DNA of 47,458 nucleotides from contig CALWYR010000117.1 in the NCBI GenBank assembly GCA_944385805.1, forward strand, positions 1-47,458, written 5' to 3'. Below the pieces are notes generated by a model, which ran no database searches, was not told the origin of the DNA, and saw only the letters and a list, made by a program, of their open reading frames with translations. Every line of letters starts with the position of its first letter. Within the stretch, counting starts at the first letter, position 1. This document shows positions 9,697-18,737 of this stretch, one piece after another. Origin of the DNA: an uncultured Oscillospiraceae bacterium (GTDB taxonomy: Bacteria > Bacillota > Clostridia > Oscillospirales > Oscillospiraceae). A program made the position numbers and the translations under genes.

Positions 9697-10122
9697 ATGA
9701 CCGTTCAAACCGAGAGACGCGCCCGGCGCACGCCGCTGCTCCGCCGTTGTCTGGCAGGGGGCCTGGCCGCCTTAATAAGCCTGCCGGCCCTGCTCTACAT
9801 CTGCGCACTGCTGCTGGCGCACGAGGTTCTCCCATACACGTTAATGGAAGAACTTGTAATAGCATGCGTCTTTATCAGCGCCGCACTGGCAGCGGTTGCC
9901 GCCTGCGCCGGCGGGGGAGGGAAGGTGATGCAGACCGGGCTTGCAGCCGGCGCGGCCCTCGCCTCGGCCATAGTGGTTATCACGCTCGCCGCTCCGGGAG
10001 AGGGACCACTGAACGCGCAAACGCTGCGCCACGTGCTGGCGGCCATAACCGGCGGAGCTTTCGGCGGGGCGCTGTCCGTTCGCCGCGCAAAGCCTAAAAG
10101 CCGCGCTAAGCGCCGCAGGTGA
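9697..10122 (+). CDS. Small polytopic membrane protein (possibly TIGR04086-type)
   Basis: 141 aa: MTVQTERRARRTPLL followed by 3-4 Ala/Gly/Leu-rich TM segments. Trimmed from tracked ORF 9493. The ATG sits immediately after the terminator T-run, so expression is uncertain. Confidence 0.45.
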   Translation: MTVQTERRARRTPLLRRCLAGGLAALISLPALLYICALLLAHEVLPYTLMEELVIACVFISAALAAVAACAGGGGKVMQTGLAAGAALASAIVVITLAAPGEGPLNAQTLRHVLAAITGGAFGGALSVRRAKPKSRAKRRR

Positions 10123-10434
10123 TTGCAAATAGCAATATTACAGCCTCGTCAACATAACCGATATTGCATTACCCAGATGCGGTGGAAAGCCCGAACAATT
10201 CTTCACTATATCTAGCTGCATTACAATAAAAATGCCGGAATTTCGGGCATATCAGTTTCGTAAGTTAACATAATGTATGTGACATAAAAAATCGTCATAA
10301 TAGACAAACTTAAGTGAATTGCATCAAAGGACTTGATTACTGATGGATTTTGTATTATATTGTCCTCACTTGATTTATGTAAATTACTTTGCTGTTCCTC
10401 CGCGCCCTCGGGCCGCAGTCGGCCCGGGCGTTAG

Positions 10435-11031
10435 ATGAGCGCGCGGTTTCTTTCACATATAGATATGGCCCGTCTTTCGCGCAGGGGCGGCGAGTTTCTT
10501 GTGCTCGCTGTGCTTGCGCTTGCGTTCCTGTTGGGCTCCGCCGCGGGCGCAATAGCCGGCAGTTCTGGTTTTGAGTATGGCGGCAGCGTAATACCAGATA
10601 ACGGCAACCTTAATGACGGCGGCAGCTTTCTCTCCGCCCTGGCCGGCTGTGCCGGCATTCACATTCTTGTCCTGCTTTTTTCCACCTCGCTTACGGGTGC
10701 TTTACTCATACCCGCCGCTTTGGCGCTGCGCGGCTTCACTCTCGCCTGCAGCGCGGCGTGGCTGGCGGTGACCATACCGGGCCGGGGGACGGCACTGGCT
10801 CTTGCCGTGCTCGGCCTGCCCTCGCTGCTCACCGTGCCCGCGTTGTTTGCGGCGTCTCAATGGGGGATGGCCTTTTCGCTGCGGCTGCTCAGCGTCTACC
10901 GCCGCAGGCCTCTGCCAATGAACAGGCTGCGCAGCGGCGGCGTTTGGGCTGCGGTCTGCGTAATGCTGCTGGACGCCGCGGCTATTGAGCGCTTCCTGGT
11001 TCCAACCTTAGCGGGGCTTATACTAGACTAA
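10435..11031 (+). CDS. spoIIM: Stage II sporulation protein M-like membrane protein
   Basis: 198 aa, polytopic. Its architecture resembles SpoIIM. It sits next to xerD, as in the B. subtilis spoIIM-fur-ripX neighbourhood. The start is uncertain (10435 or 10465) and there is no strong RBS. Confidence 0.5.
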   Translation: MSARFLSHIDMARLSRRGGEFLVLAVLALAFLLGSAAGAIAGSSGFEYGGSVIPDNGNLNDGGSFLSALAGCAGIHILVLLFSTSLTGALLIPAALALRGFTLACSAAWLAVTIPGRGTALALAVLGLPSLLTVPALFAASQWGMAFSLRLLSVYRRRPLPMNRLRSGGVWAAVCVMLLDAAAIERFLVPTLAGLILD

Positions 11032-11054
11032 AGCAGAGAAAGGGGATGTGACAG

Positions 11055-11945
11055 TTGCCGGATTCAGTCAGCCTTGAACGGTTTGAAGAGTTTCTCAGGG
11101 ACGAGTGCCATTCGTCCGACAATACTGTCGCGTCCTATGTCCGCGATATGCGCCAGCTCAGCGAGTTCCTGCAGGAGCACTTCTCGGTTGAGCTCCTGGA
11201 CGCGGGTCCGGACGAGCTGAATGCCTACATCGATTACCTGCACATGAAGGACAAGAGCCCAGCCACCATCACCAGGCACATCGCCGCCATGAAGCGTTTT
11301 TATAAGTTCTTCCTCGCCGCGGGCGATATAGGCTCCAACCCTGCCGCCAACTTCGTCGGCGAGAAGGTTGAGAAGAAGGCTCCGGAAATCCTCACCAACG
11401 CCGAGGTCGACCTGCTGCTCTCTCAGCCCAAGTGCATTGACTCCAAGGGCTACCGCGACCGCGCCATGCTGGAGCTGCTGTATGCGACCGGCATGCGCGT
11501 CTCCGAGCTGATCGGCCTTGACCTATCTGACGTCAACCTCGCCGCCGCCGTGGTCCACTGCCGCGGCAAGGCCAAAAAGGAAAGGCTGATACCTATCTAC
11601 AACAAGGCCGCCGTCGCCCTCAGGGAGTACATCAAGTTTGTGCGTCCCAGCATGATTGTGGAGGGGGAGACGGCGCTATTCGTCAACATCAAGGGCCAGC
11701 GCATGACGCGCCAGGGATTCTGGAAAATCATCAAGTCCTATCAGGCCCAGGCAGGGATTGAAAAGGACATCACGCCCCACACTCTGCGCCATTCCTTTGC
11801 CGTCCATCTGCTGGAAAACGGCGCTGATGTGCGCTCCATCCAGGAAATGCTCGGCCACGTTGACATCTCAAGCACACAGATTTACGCCAACATCGTGAAA
11901 AAGCAGCTCAAGGACGTATACAAAAAAGCACATCCACGTGCATGA
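11055..11945 (+). CDS. xerD: Tyrosine recombinase XerD
   Basis: 296 aa with a TTG start after AAGGGGA. SAM-like N-terminal domain. Catalytic ATGMRVSEL, HTLRHSFAVHLLENGADVRSIQEMLGH and TQIY. Confidence 0.85.
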   Translation: MPDSVSLERFEEFLRDECHSSDNTVASYVRDMRQLSEFLQEHFSVELLDAGPDELNAYIDYLHMKDKSPATITRHIAAMKRFYKFFLAAGDIGSNPAANFVGEKVEKKAPEILTNAEVDLLLSQPKCIDSKGYRDRAMLELLYATGMRVSELIGLDLSDVNLAAAVVHCRGKAKKERLIPIYNKAAVALREYIKFVRPSMIVEGETALFVNIKGQRMTRQGFWKIIKSYQAQAGIEKDITPHTLRHSFAVHLLENGADVRSIQEMLGHVDISSTQIYANIVKKQLKDVYKKAHPRA

Positions 11946-11954
11946 GAAGGGGAA

Positions 11955-11986
11955 CCCCCGGCCGCATGGCCGGGGGCATTTTTTGA
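11955..11986 (+). terminator. Rho-independent terminator after xerD
   Basis: cccccggcc-gcat-ggccggggg followed by cATTTTTT. Confidence 0.75.
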
Positions 11987-12030
11987 CTGTTCCTATCACA
12001 TCCGGTCAAAAAAGCGCCGGAGTGTAATTG

Positions 12031-12340
12031 CCTCTTGAAAAAGAAAACAAAGCCGAAGCCCAGCGCAGCGGGTTCGGTTTTGAGAGGAGGAACAGATGTA
12101 ACGGAGTGGATGACGACTTTTTATGTCATAGGCATAAAAGTCGTCGGAACAGAGTGAAATCTGTTCCGACGTGATCCGTGTGTAATTACATGTCTTCAGC
12201 CTCTTGAAAAAGAAAACAAAGCCGAAGCCCAGCGCAGCGGGTTCGGTTTTGAGAGGAGGAACAGATGTAACGGAGTGGATGACGATTTTTATGCCATAGG
12301 CATAAAAAATCGTCGGAACAGAGTGAAATCTGTTCCGACG
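12031..12340. repeat. Tandem direct duplication of a 141-nt structured non-coding element
   Basis: Copies are at 12031-12171 and 12200-12340, a period of 169 nt. The first 86 nt and the last ~26 nt of each copy are identical. The only differences lie inside one AT-rich hairpin. Each copy holds three hairpins. The gtgtaatt flank is also repeated. Confidence 0.85.
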
Positions 12341-12341
12341 A

Positions 12342-12418
12342 TGGTCGGAGTGGCGAGACTTGAACTCGCGGCCTCATGGTCCCGAACCATGCGCGCTACC
12401 ATCTGCGCTACACCCCGA
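12342..12418 (-). tRNA. tRNA-Pro (anticodon CGG), with encoded CCA
   Basis: Reverse complement: TCGGGGTGTAGCGCAGATGGTAGCGCGCATGGTTCGGGACCATGAGGCCGCGAGTTCAAGTCTCGCCACTCCGACCA. It has a 7-bp acceptor stem, anticodon stem CATGG/CCATG with loop TTCGGGA, and a GTTCAAGTC T-loop. Confidence 0.9.
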
Positions 12419-12429
12419 AAAGCTTTACC

Positions 12430-12458
12430 ATTATAAGCGCTCCGGGGTGGATTGTCAA
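12430..12458 (-). promoter_or_regulatory. Consensus sigma-A promoter driving tRNA-Pro
   Basis: On the minus strand: TTGACA (12458-12453), 17-nt spacer, TATAAT (12435-12430). It ends 11 nt upstream of the mature tRNA 5' end. Confidence 0.6.
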
Positions 12459-12610
12459 GAGAATTTTCTCAACAGCGGATCTAATGGCTTCCACAGCACC
12501 CCGCCCCTCGTACACATTAAGCAGCTTCATGAAGCCCGCTTTATATCATTGTTCTTCGCCCATGTTGTCAAGATGAAAATATAACGCCTGCTGCACACAG
12601 CGCAAGGTGG

Positions 12611-12639
12611 TTGCAATGCCGGGAAAATAGCTGTATAAT
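12611..12639 (+). promoter_or_regulatory. Sigma-A promoter for the aminotransferase gene
   Basis: TTGCAA (12611-12616), 17-nt spacer, TATAAT (12634-12639). Confidence 0.55.
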
Positions 12640-12673
12640 TTATGGGCAAATAACCGCATAGGGGAGATATAAG

Positions 12674-13864
<1,191 letters not shown>

Positions 13865-13905
13865 GCGCGAGCCCTCCCGCATATTATCCAGCGGGAGGGG
13901 AGTCC

Positions 13906-14643
13906 ATGTTCCTGAGCTTCAAGCTGCGCGACACGCTGCCGCTGATGGCGACCATCATACTCATAGCAGCGACCTTTCTGCTGCCGCCCTTCGAGGTCGA
14001 CGACGCCGCTGCCGCCGCCGTATTCGCTGCGGACGGCGGGGAAGGGGTGCTTATCATAGACCCCGGCCACGGCGGGGCTGACGGCGGCGCCGTGGCAGCC
14101 GACGGCACGGCCGAGAGCGGCATCAACCTCGCCGTAGCGCAGCGGCTCGAGGGCCTTGCGGGGCTCTTCGGCGTGGAAACGGTTATGACCCGAGACGGCG
14201 AGGAGATAGAGTACCCCGCGGAGGCGGACACGCTCTCTGAGATGAAGAGCGCCGACCAGCGCGCAAGGCTGGAGCTCATCAACTCCACGCCCGGCGGCGT
14301 GCTGATAAGCATACACCAGAATTACTACCCCGACCCGCGCCCCAGCGGCGCGCAGGTGTTCTACGCGGACAGCGAGGGCAGCCAGGCCCTGGGCGAGGCG
14401 GCACACGCGCTGCTCGTGCAGACGCTCTGCCCGCAGAACCGCCGCGTGGCGGCTCCCGCCGAGGAGCGCGTATACCTGATGAGGGAGGCAAGCTGCCCGG
14501 CTATCCTGGTCGAATGCGGCTTTATCTCCAACCCGGAGGAGCTCCGGCAGCTCCTCAGCCCACAATATCAGACTAAACTCGCGGCCGTGCTGCTCTCTGC
14601 CTATTTGCAGCGCGCGCCTGCGGCGGATGGAATGACGTTATGA
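13906..14643 (+). CDS. N-acetylmuramoyl-L-alanine amidase (Amidase_3), CwlD-like
   Basis: Signal/TM N-terminus, then IIDPGHGGADGGAV, SIHQN and LVECGFISNPEE. The stop overlaps the radA start (ATGA). Confidence 0.8.
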   Translation: MFLSFKLRDTLPLMATIILIAATFLLPPFEVDDAAAAAVFAADGGEGVLIIDPGHGGADGGAVAADGTAESGINLAVAQRLEGLAGLFGVETVMTRDGEEIEYPAEADTLSEMKSADQRARLELINSTPGGVLISIHQNYYPDPRPSGAQVFYADSEGSQALGEAAHALLVQTLCPQNRRVAAPAEERVYLMREASCPAILVECGFISNPEELRQLLSPQYQTKLAAVLLSAYLQRAPAADGMTL

Positions 14644-15998
14644 AACAAAAGACACTTTTTTATTGCACCGAATGCGGCAACGAGACGCCGCGCTGGCAGG
14701 GCCGGTGCCCGGCCTGCGGCGCCTGGAACACGCTTGTCGAGGCGCCGAACAGGCCAAAAAACGAAAACAAGGCCGCGGCCGCGGCGCACAGGGCGCGCCA
14801 GTCGCCGGAAAAGCTCTCCTCGCTCGAAACCGAGGAGGAGATACGCTTTTCAACCGGCGTGGGCGAGCTCGACCGCGTCTTGGGCGGCGGAGCCGTGCGC
14901 GGCAGCGTGGTGCTCGTCGGCGGCGCGCCCGGCGTGGGCAAGTCGACTCTGCTGCTGCAGCTGTGCGGCCTCATCGGCCGCAGCGAGCGCGTGCTCTATG
15001 TCTCCGGAGAGGAGAGCCGCCGGCAGATAAAGATGCGCGCACAGCGCCTCGGCGTCTCCGAAGGGGAGATTTACGTCCTCGCTGAGACCCAGGTAAGCGA
15101 GATCCTCTCCGCGGCGGAGGATCTGCGGCCCACGGTGCTGATAATAGATTCCATCCAGACAATGTTTGACGCCGAGGTCAGCGCCGCGCCCGGCAGCGTC
15201 AGCCAGGTGCGCGAGAGCACCATGGCCATCATGCGCCGCGCCAAGTCAGACGGCTTCACGGCCTTCGTCGTAGGACACATCAACAAGGAGGGCGCCATCG
15301 CCGGCCCCAAGGTTCTCGAGCACATGGTTGACTGTGTGCTGTACTTCGAGGGAGAGCAGTCCATGAGCTACCGCATACTGCGCGCTGCCAAGAACCGCTT
15401 CGGCTCAACCAACGAGATAGGCGTCTTCGAAATGTGCGACAGCGGGCTCAGAGAGGTGCCCAACCCCTCCGAGACCATGCTCTCCGGCCGCCCGCTAAAC
15501 ACGCCGGGAACCTGCGTTACCTGCGTCATGGAGGGCACGCGTCCCATCCTGGCCGAGATACAGGCCCTGGTTGCCCAGTCCAACTACAGCTCTGCCCGGC
15601 GCAATTCAAACGGCATTGACTACAACCGCGCCATGCTGCTGCTGGCCGTGCTGGAGAAGCGCGGCGGCATCACCGTCTCCGGCTGCGACGCCTATATAAA
15701 CGTCGTCGGCGGACTGCAGCTCGACGAGACTGCCGCCGACCTTGCCACTCTCCTGGCCGTCGCCAGCAGCTGCCGCGACCTTCCAATCGACCCTGAGCTC
15801 GCCGCAGTCGGCGAGGTCGGCCTCTCCGGCGAGGTGCGCAGCGTACAGCAGCTCAACCTGCGCCTGAGCGAGATCGCGCGCCTCGGCTTCAAGCGCTGCG
15901 TGATACCCTCCCACGTCCGCGGCGACGTGCTGAAGCCGGACGGTTTAGAGCTGATTCGTGTCAAAAACGTGCGGGAAGCAATAAAGGCGGCGCTATAA
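14640..15998 (+). CDS. radA: DNA repair protein RadA/Sms
   Basis: Zn-finger CTECGNETPRWQGRCPACGAWNT, Walker A GGAPGVGKST, KNRFG motif and a Lon-like C-terminal domain. 452 aa. Confidence 0.95.
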   Translation: MKQKTLFYCTECGNETPRWQGRCPACGAWNTLVEAPNRPKNENKAAAAAHRARQSPEKLSSLETEEEIRFSTGVGELDRVLGGGAVRGSVVLVGGAPGVGKSTLLLQLCGLIGRSERVLYVSGEESRRQIKMRAQRLGVSEGEIYVLAETQVSEILSAAEDLRPTVLIIDSIQTMFDAEVSAAPGSVSQVRESTMAIMRRAKSDGFTAFVVGHINKEGAIAGPKVLEHMVDCVLYFEGEQSMSYRILRAAKNRFGSTNEIGVFEMCDSGLREVPNPSETMLSGRPLNTPGTCVTCVMEGTRPILAEIQALVAQSNYSSARRNSNGIDYNRAMLLLAVLEKRGGITVSGCDAYINVVGGLQLDETAADLATLLAVASSCRDLPIDPELAAVGEVGLSGEVRSVQQLNLRLSEIARLGFKRCVIPSHVRGDVLKPDGLELIRVKNVREAIKAAL

Positions 15999-16738
15999 TG
16001 GCGAATTTTGTACATATACCCCACCTTCCCATAAAGAAGGTGGGGCTGTTGGCAATAGGGGAGAGATACGGAAAGGCGCTGGAAGGGGCCTTGGAATCCC
16101 TTGATATAGAGGCCTTTTGGCTGCCGGACGCCCCGTACGCGGACAGGCGCCTGGCCGGACACACGGATTTGCAGCTGCTGCATCTGGGTGCGGACAAGCT
16201 CGTCAGCTCGCTTGGAGAGAGCTGTGTTAATTTTTTGACTAATAGGGGATTCAAAGTTTCCACTGTACCCGGCCCGGGGGCGGAGTACCCAAAGGACTGC
16301 GCGCTAAACGCCTGCATCGCAGGCGGTATGATTTTCCACAGGCGGGATCTGACGCCATACATTATAAAAGACCTTGTTCCGCAGCTGAAGCCCGTGAACA
16401 TTGCTCAGGGCTACGCAAAATGCTGCACCTGCGTCATTGACGAGCGCTCAGTCATAACCTCTGATCACGGCATCGCGAAAGCCGCCGCGGCTCACGGGCT
16501 GGCCGTGCTGGAGATACGTCAGGGATACATAGAGCTGGCTGGCTTCGACTACGGCTTCATCGGCGGCGCGTCGTTCAAGCTCTCTGCGCATGAGCTGGCG
16601 TTCACAGGCAGGATGGACGCGCATCCGGACTGGCCGCGGATAGCGGAGTTCCTGGCCCAGCGCGGGATTGAGCCACTGTTCTTGACCGGCGGCACGGCCT
16701 TCGATATCGGCTCCGCCGTGCCCCTGACAGAGCGCTAA
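15998..16738 (+). CDS. Conserved hypothetical protein of unknown function, translationally coupled to radA
   Basis: 246 aa with a TAATG overlap to the radA stop. Composition is soluble. GHTDLQLLHLG and GFIGGASF motifs. I cannot assign a family with confidence. Confidence 0.5.
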   Translation: MANFVHIPHLPIKKVGLLAIGERYGKALEGALESLDIEAFWLPDAPYADRRLAGHTDLQLLHLGADKLVSSLGESCVNFLTNRGFKVSTVPGPGAEYPKDCALNACIAGGMIFHRRDLTPYIIKDLVPQLKPVNIAQGYAKCCTCVIDERSVITSDHGIAKAAAAHGLAVLEIRQGYIELAGFDYGFIGGASFKLSAHELAFTGRMDAHPDWPRIAEFLAQRGIEPLFLTGGTAFDIGSAVPLTER

Positions 16739-16867
16739 GGCCATTTTGGCTTTTTGGCCTCCCCTATATTCAGCAAAATATTAATTTTGTTGAATTATCT
16801 ATGTATTCCCCTCTTGCCTTTTTGGCCTTCTTCATTTAAAATAAATAGGCTTTGGAGGTGAACGGCT

Positions 16868-17896
16868 TTGGACTACCGCAGCGAAGCGCCCAAGGTGCTG
16901 CGCGATTTTCTCACTTATCACGAGACTATCAAGGGTCACTCCCGCGCGACGGTCGATGAGTATTTCCTCGACCTGCGCAACTTTTTCCGCTTTATAAAGC
17001 TTGAGCGCAATCTCGTGCCGCGCAGCAGCGACCTGGAGGAAATCTCCATTGACGACGTTGACCTCAGCTTTGTCGGCTCCGTCACGCTAAGCGAGGTCTA
17101 CGATTACCTCGCCTTCCTCGCCCGCGACAAGGTCAAAAACGAACAGAGCCGCGAACCTGAGTACGGCCTCAAGGCGGCCAGCCGCGCGCGCAAGATTTCA
17201 ACGCTGAGGAGCTTTTATAACTACCTCACCGTGAAGACCAAGCAGCTTACAAGCAATCCTGTCGCCGACCTCGACACGCCCAAGGTTGAGAAGACTCTCC
17301 CCCGCTACCTGACACTGGAGGAATCTGAGCGCCTGCTCTCAGCCGTAGATGGCAGCAACAGGGAGCGCGACTACTGCATATTGTGCCTGTTTCTTAACTG
17401 CGGGCTGCGTATTTCCGAACTTATAGGCCTTGACGACACCGATGTGCGTGATGACAGCGTGCGTGTGTTCGGCAAAGGCGGCAAGGAGCGCATAGTCTAC
17501 CTCAACGACGCCTGCCGCGACGCCGTCGGCGCGTACCGCCCCGTCAGGCAGCTGATGGCCGGGCCGGACTGCCGCGCCTTCTTCGTCTCCAACCGGCGCA
17601 AGCGCATGAGCCGCGACGCCGTCCACGCCATGGTCAAGAAAACGCTGCTCAAGGCGGGTCTGGACACGAGCAAATACTCCTCTCACAAGCTGCGCCACAC
17701 CGCCGCCACGCTGATGCTGCAAAACGGCGTAGACGTGCGCACCGTCCAGGAGGTGCTGGGACACACCAACCTGAACACAACCCAGATATACACCCACATA
17801 GATAACGCCGAGCTTCACATTGCCGCCGACGCTAACCCTCTCGCAAATTTCAGGCCCTCAGCCGGCGAGGAAGAAAAAGGCGGGCAAAAAAAATAG
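16868..17896 (+). CDS. Tyrosine recombinase, XerC/integrase family
   Basis: 342 aa with a TTG start after GGAGGTG. LRISELIGL, HKLRHTAATLMLQNGVDVRTVQEVLGH and TQIY catalytic motifs. It ends in TAG. Confidence 0.8.
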   Translation: MDYRSEAPKVLRDFLTYHETIKGHSRATVDEYFLDLRNFFRFIKLERNLVPRSSDLEEISIDDVDLSFVGSVTLSEVYDYLAFLARDKVKNEQSREPEYGLKAASRARKISTLRSFYNYLTVKTKQLTSNPVADLDTPKVEKTLPRYLTLEESERLLSAVDGSNRERDYCILCLFLNCGLRISELIGLDDTDVRDDSVRVFGKGGKERIVYLNDACRDAVGAYRPVRQLMAGPDCRAFFVSNRRKRMSRDAVHAMVKKTLLKAGLDTSKYSSHKLRHTAATLMLQNGVDVRTVQEVLGHTNLNTTQIYTHIDNAELHIAADANPLANFRPSAGEEEKGGQKK

Positions 17897-18001
17897 CTTT
17901 GACGAGAACTATTTTGCCCTTCTTTCGTCAATAACAAACATGCGCCCGTTTCGCTCCGGGCGCGAGAGTGCATAATCGATACATAGCAAGGAGAAATTGA
18001 G

Positions 18002-18703
18002 ATGAAAAACCACTACAGAATTGCCGCCCTGCTGCTGGTCCTGGCCATGCTCCTGGCCCTGGCCGCCTGCGGCAGGAGCAGCGAGAACGAGAGCACGCCC
18101 AGCGACGGCATCGGCGATGTCGCCGCGACGGACGCTCCGGAGCCCACACCGGTGGTAACTCCGAGCCCCACGCCCTCGCCCACGCCGAGTCCAACGCCCT
18201 CCCCCTCCCCTACCCCCGTCGTAACGCCCGCTCCGACTCCCGAGGTGACTCCGGAACCGTCAACCGAGCCCTCCACTGAGCCCAGCGCCGTACCCAGCGA
18301 GCCCGCGGGTTCTGAGGACGTAGACCTCACGGCATTCTTCAACAGCCTCACCGCAAGCTATGAGTTCGCCAACATGATGGACATGGACGTTTCCATGCTC
18401 GACGCCGCCTATCCCGGCCTCAGCGCCATCCCCACCCGGCAGCTCATCGCCAAGACGCCGATGATAACCATGGTCGCCAGTGAGATAGTGCTGCTGCAGT
18501 GCGTTAACGAGTCTGACGCCGCCGCTGTAAGGGCCATACTAGAGGCCCGCAAGCAGGCCCAGATAGACGGCGGCGCCTTCTATCCCGCCACCATAGAGCA
18601 GTGGATGAACGCTCAGATCTGCGTAAACGGCGCGTATGTGATGCTTATCTGCCACCAGAACTCGGCGGAAATAGCCGCCGCATTCAACGCGCTCTTTGCC
18701 TGA
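18002..18703 (+). CDS. Lipoprotein with a Pro/Thr/Ser-rich linker and a DUF4358-like C-terminal domain
   Basis: Lipobox LALAAC-G. Linker PTPSPTPSPTPSPTPSPSPTP. The C-terminal domain and its position upstream of MBOAT/DHHW genes fit DUF4358. Confidence 0.6.
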   Translation: MKNHYRIAALLLVLAMLLALAACGRSSENESTPSDGIGDVAATDAPEPTPVVTPSPTPSPTPSPTPSPSPTPVVTPAPTPEVTPEPSTEPSTEPSAVPSEPAGSEDVDLTAFFNSLTASYEFANMMDMDVSMLDAAYPGLSAIPTRQLIAKTPMITMVASEIVLLQCVNESDAAAVRAILEARKQAQIDGGAFYPATIEQWMNAQICVNGAYVMLICHQNSAEIAAAFNALFA

Positions 18704-18737
18704 GCCTAAATACTTAGCGATATAAGGAGGGCCGCCA

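Noticed and set aside
10283-10296. The 14-mer cataaaaaatcgtc is shared between the AT-rich island and copy 2 of the tandem element (12301-12314).
   Set aside because: The similarity does not extend beyond the 14 nt. The sequence is a low-complexity A-run, and a few such matches are expected by chance within 47 kb.
10358-10385. TTATGTAAATT matches the XerD-binding half of dif sites (TTATGT(A/T)AA(A/C)T) just upstream of spoIIM-xerD.
   Set aside because: The adjoining 6-nt spacer and the XerC-arm positions (tattgtcctca cttgat) do not resemble a dif left arm. A 10/11 half-site match is expected by chance roughly once in a window of this size.
12186-12377. A 63-aa minus-strand ORF and the 74/66-aa plus-strand ORFs (12360..12584, 12376..12576) around the repeat and tRNA region.
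   Set aside because: They start inside, or run through, the tRNA-Pro gene and the hairpins of the repeat. They have no RBS and implausible composition.
12524-12535. A 12-bp perfect palindrome, gcttcatgaagc, upstream of the tRNA-Pro promoter.
   Set aside because: It is short and isolated. It lies between two promoter-like elements, and I see no second copy or associated regulator. Evidence is insufficient.
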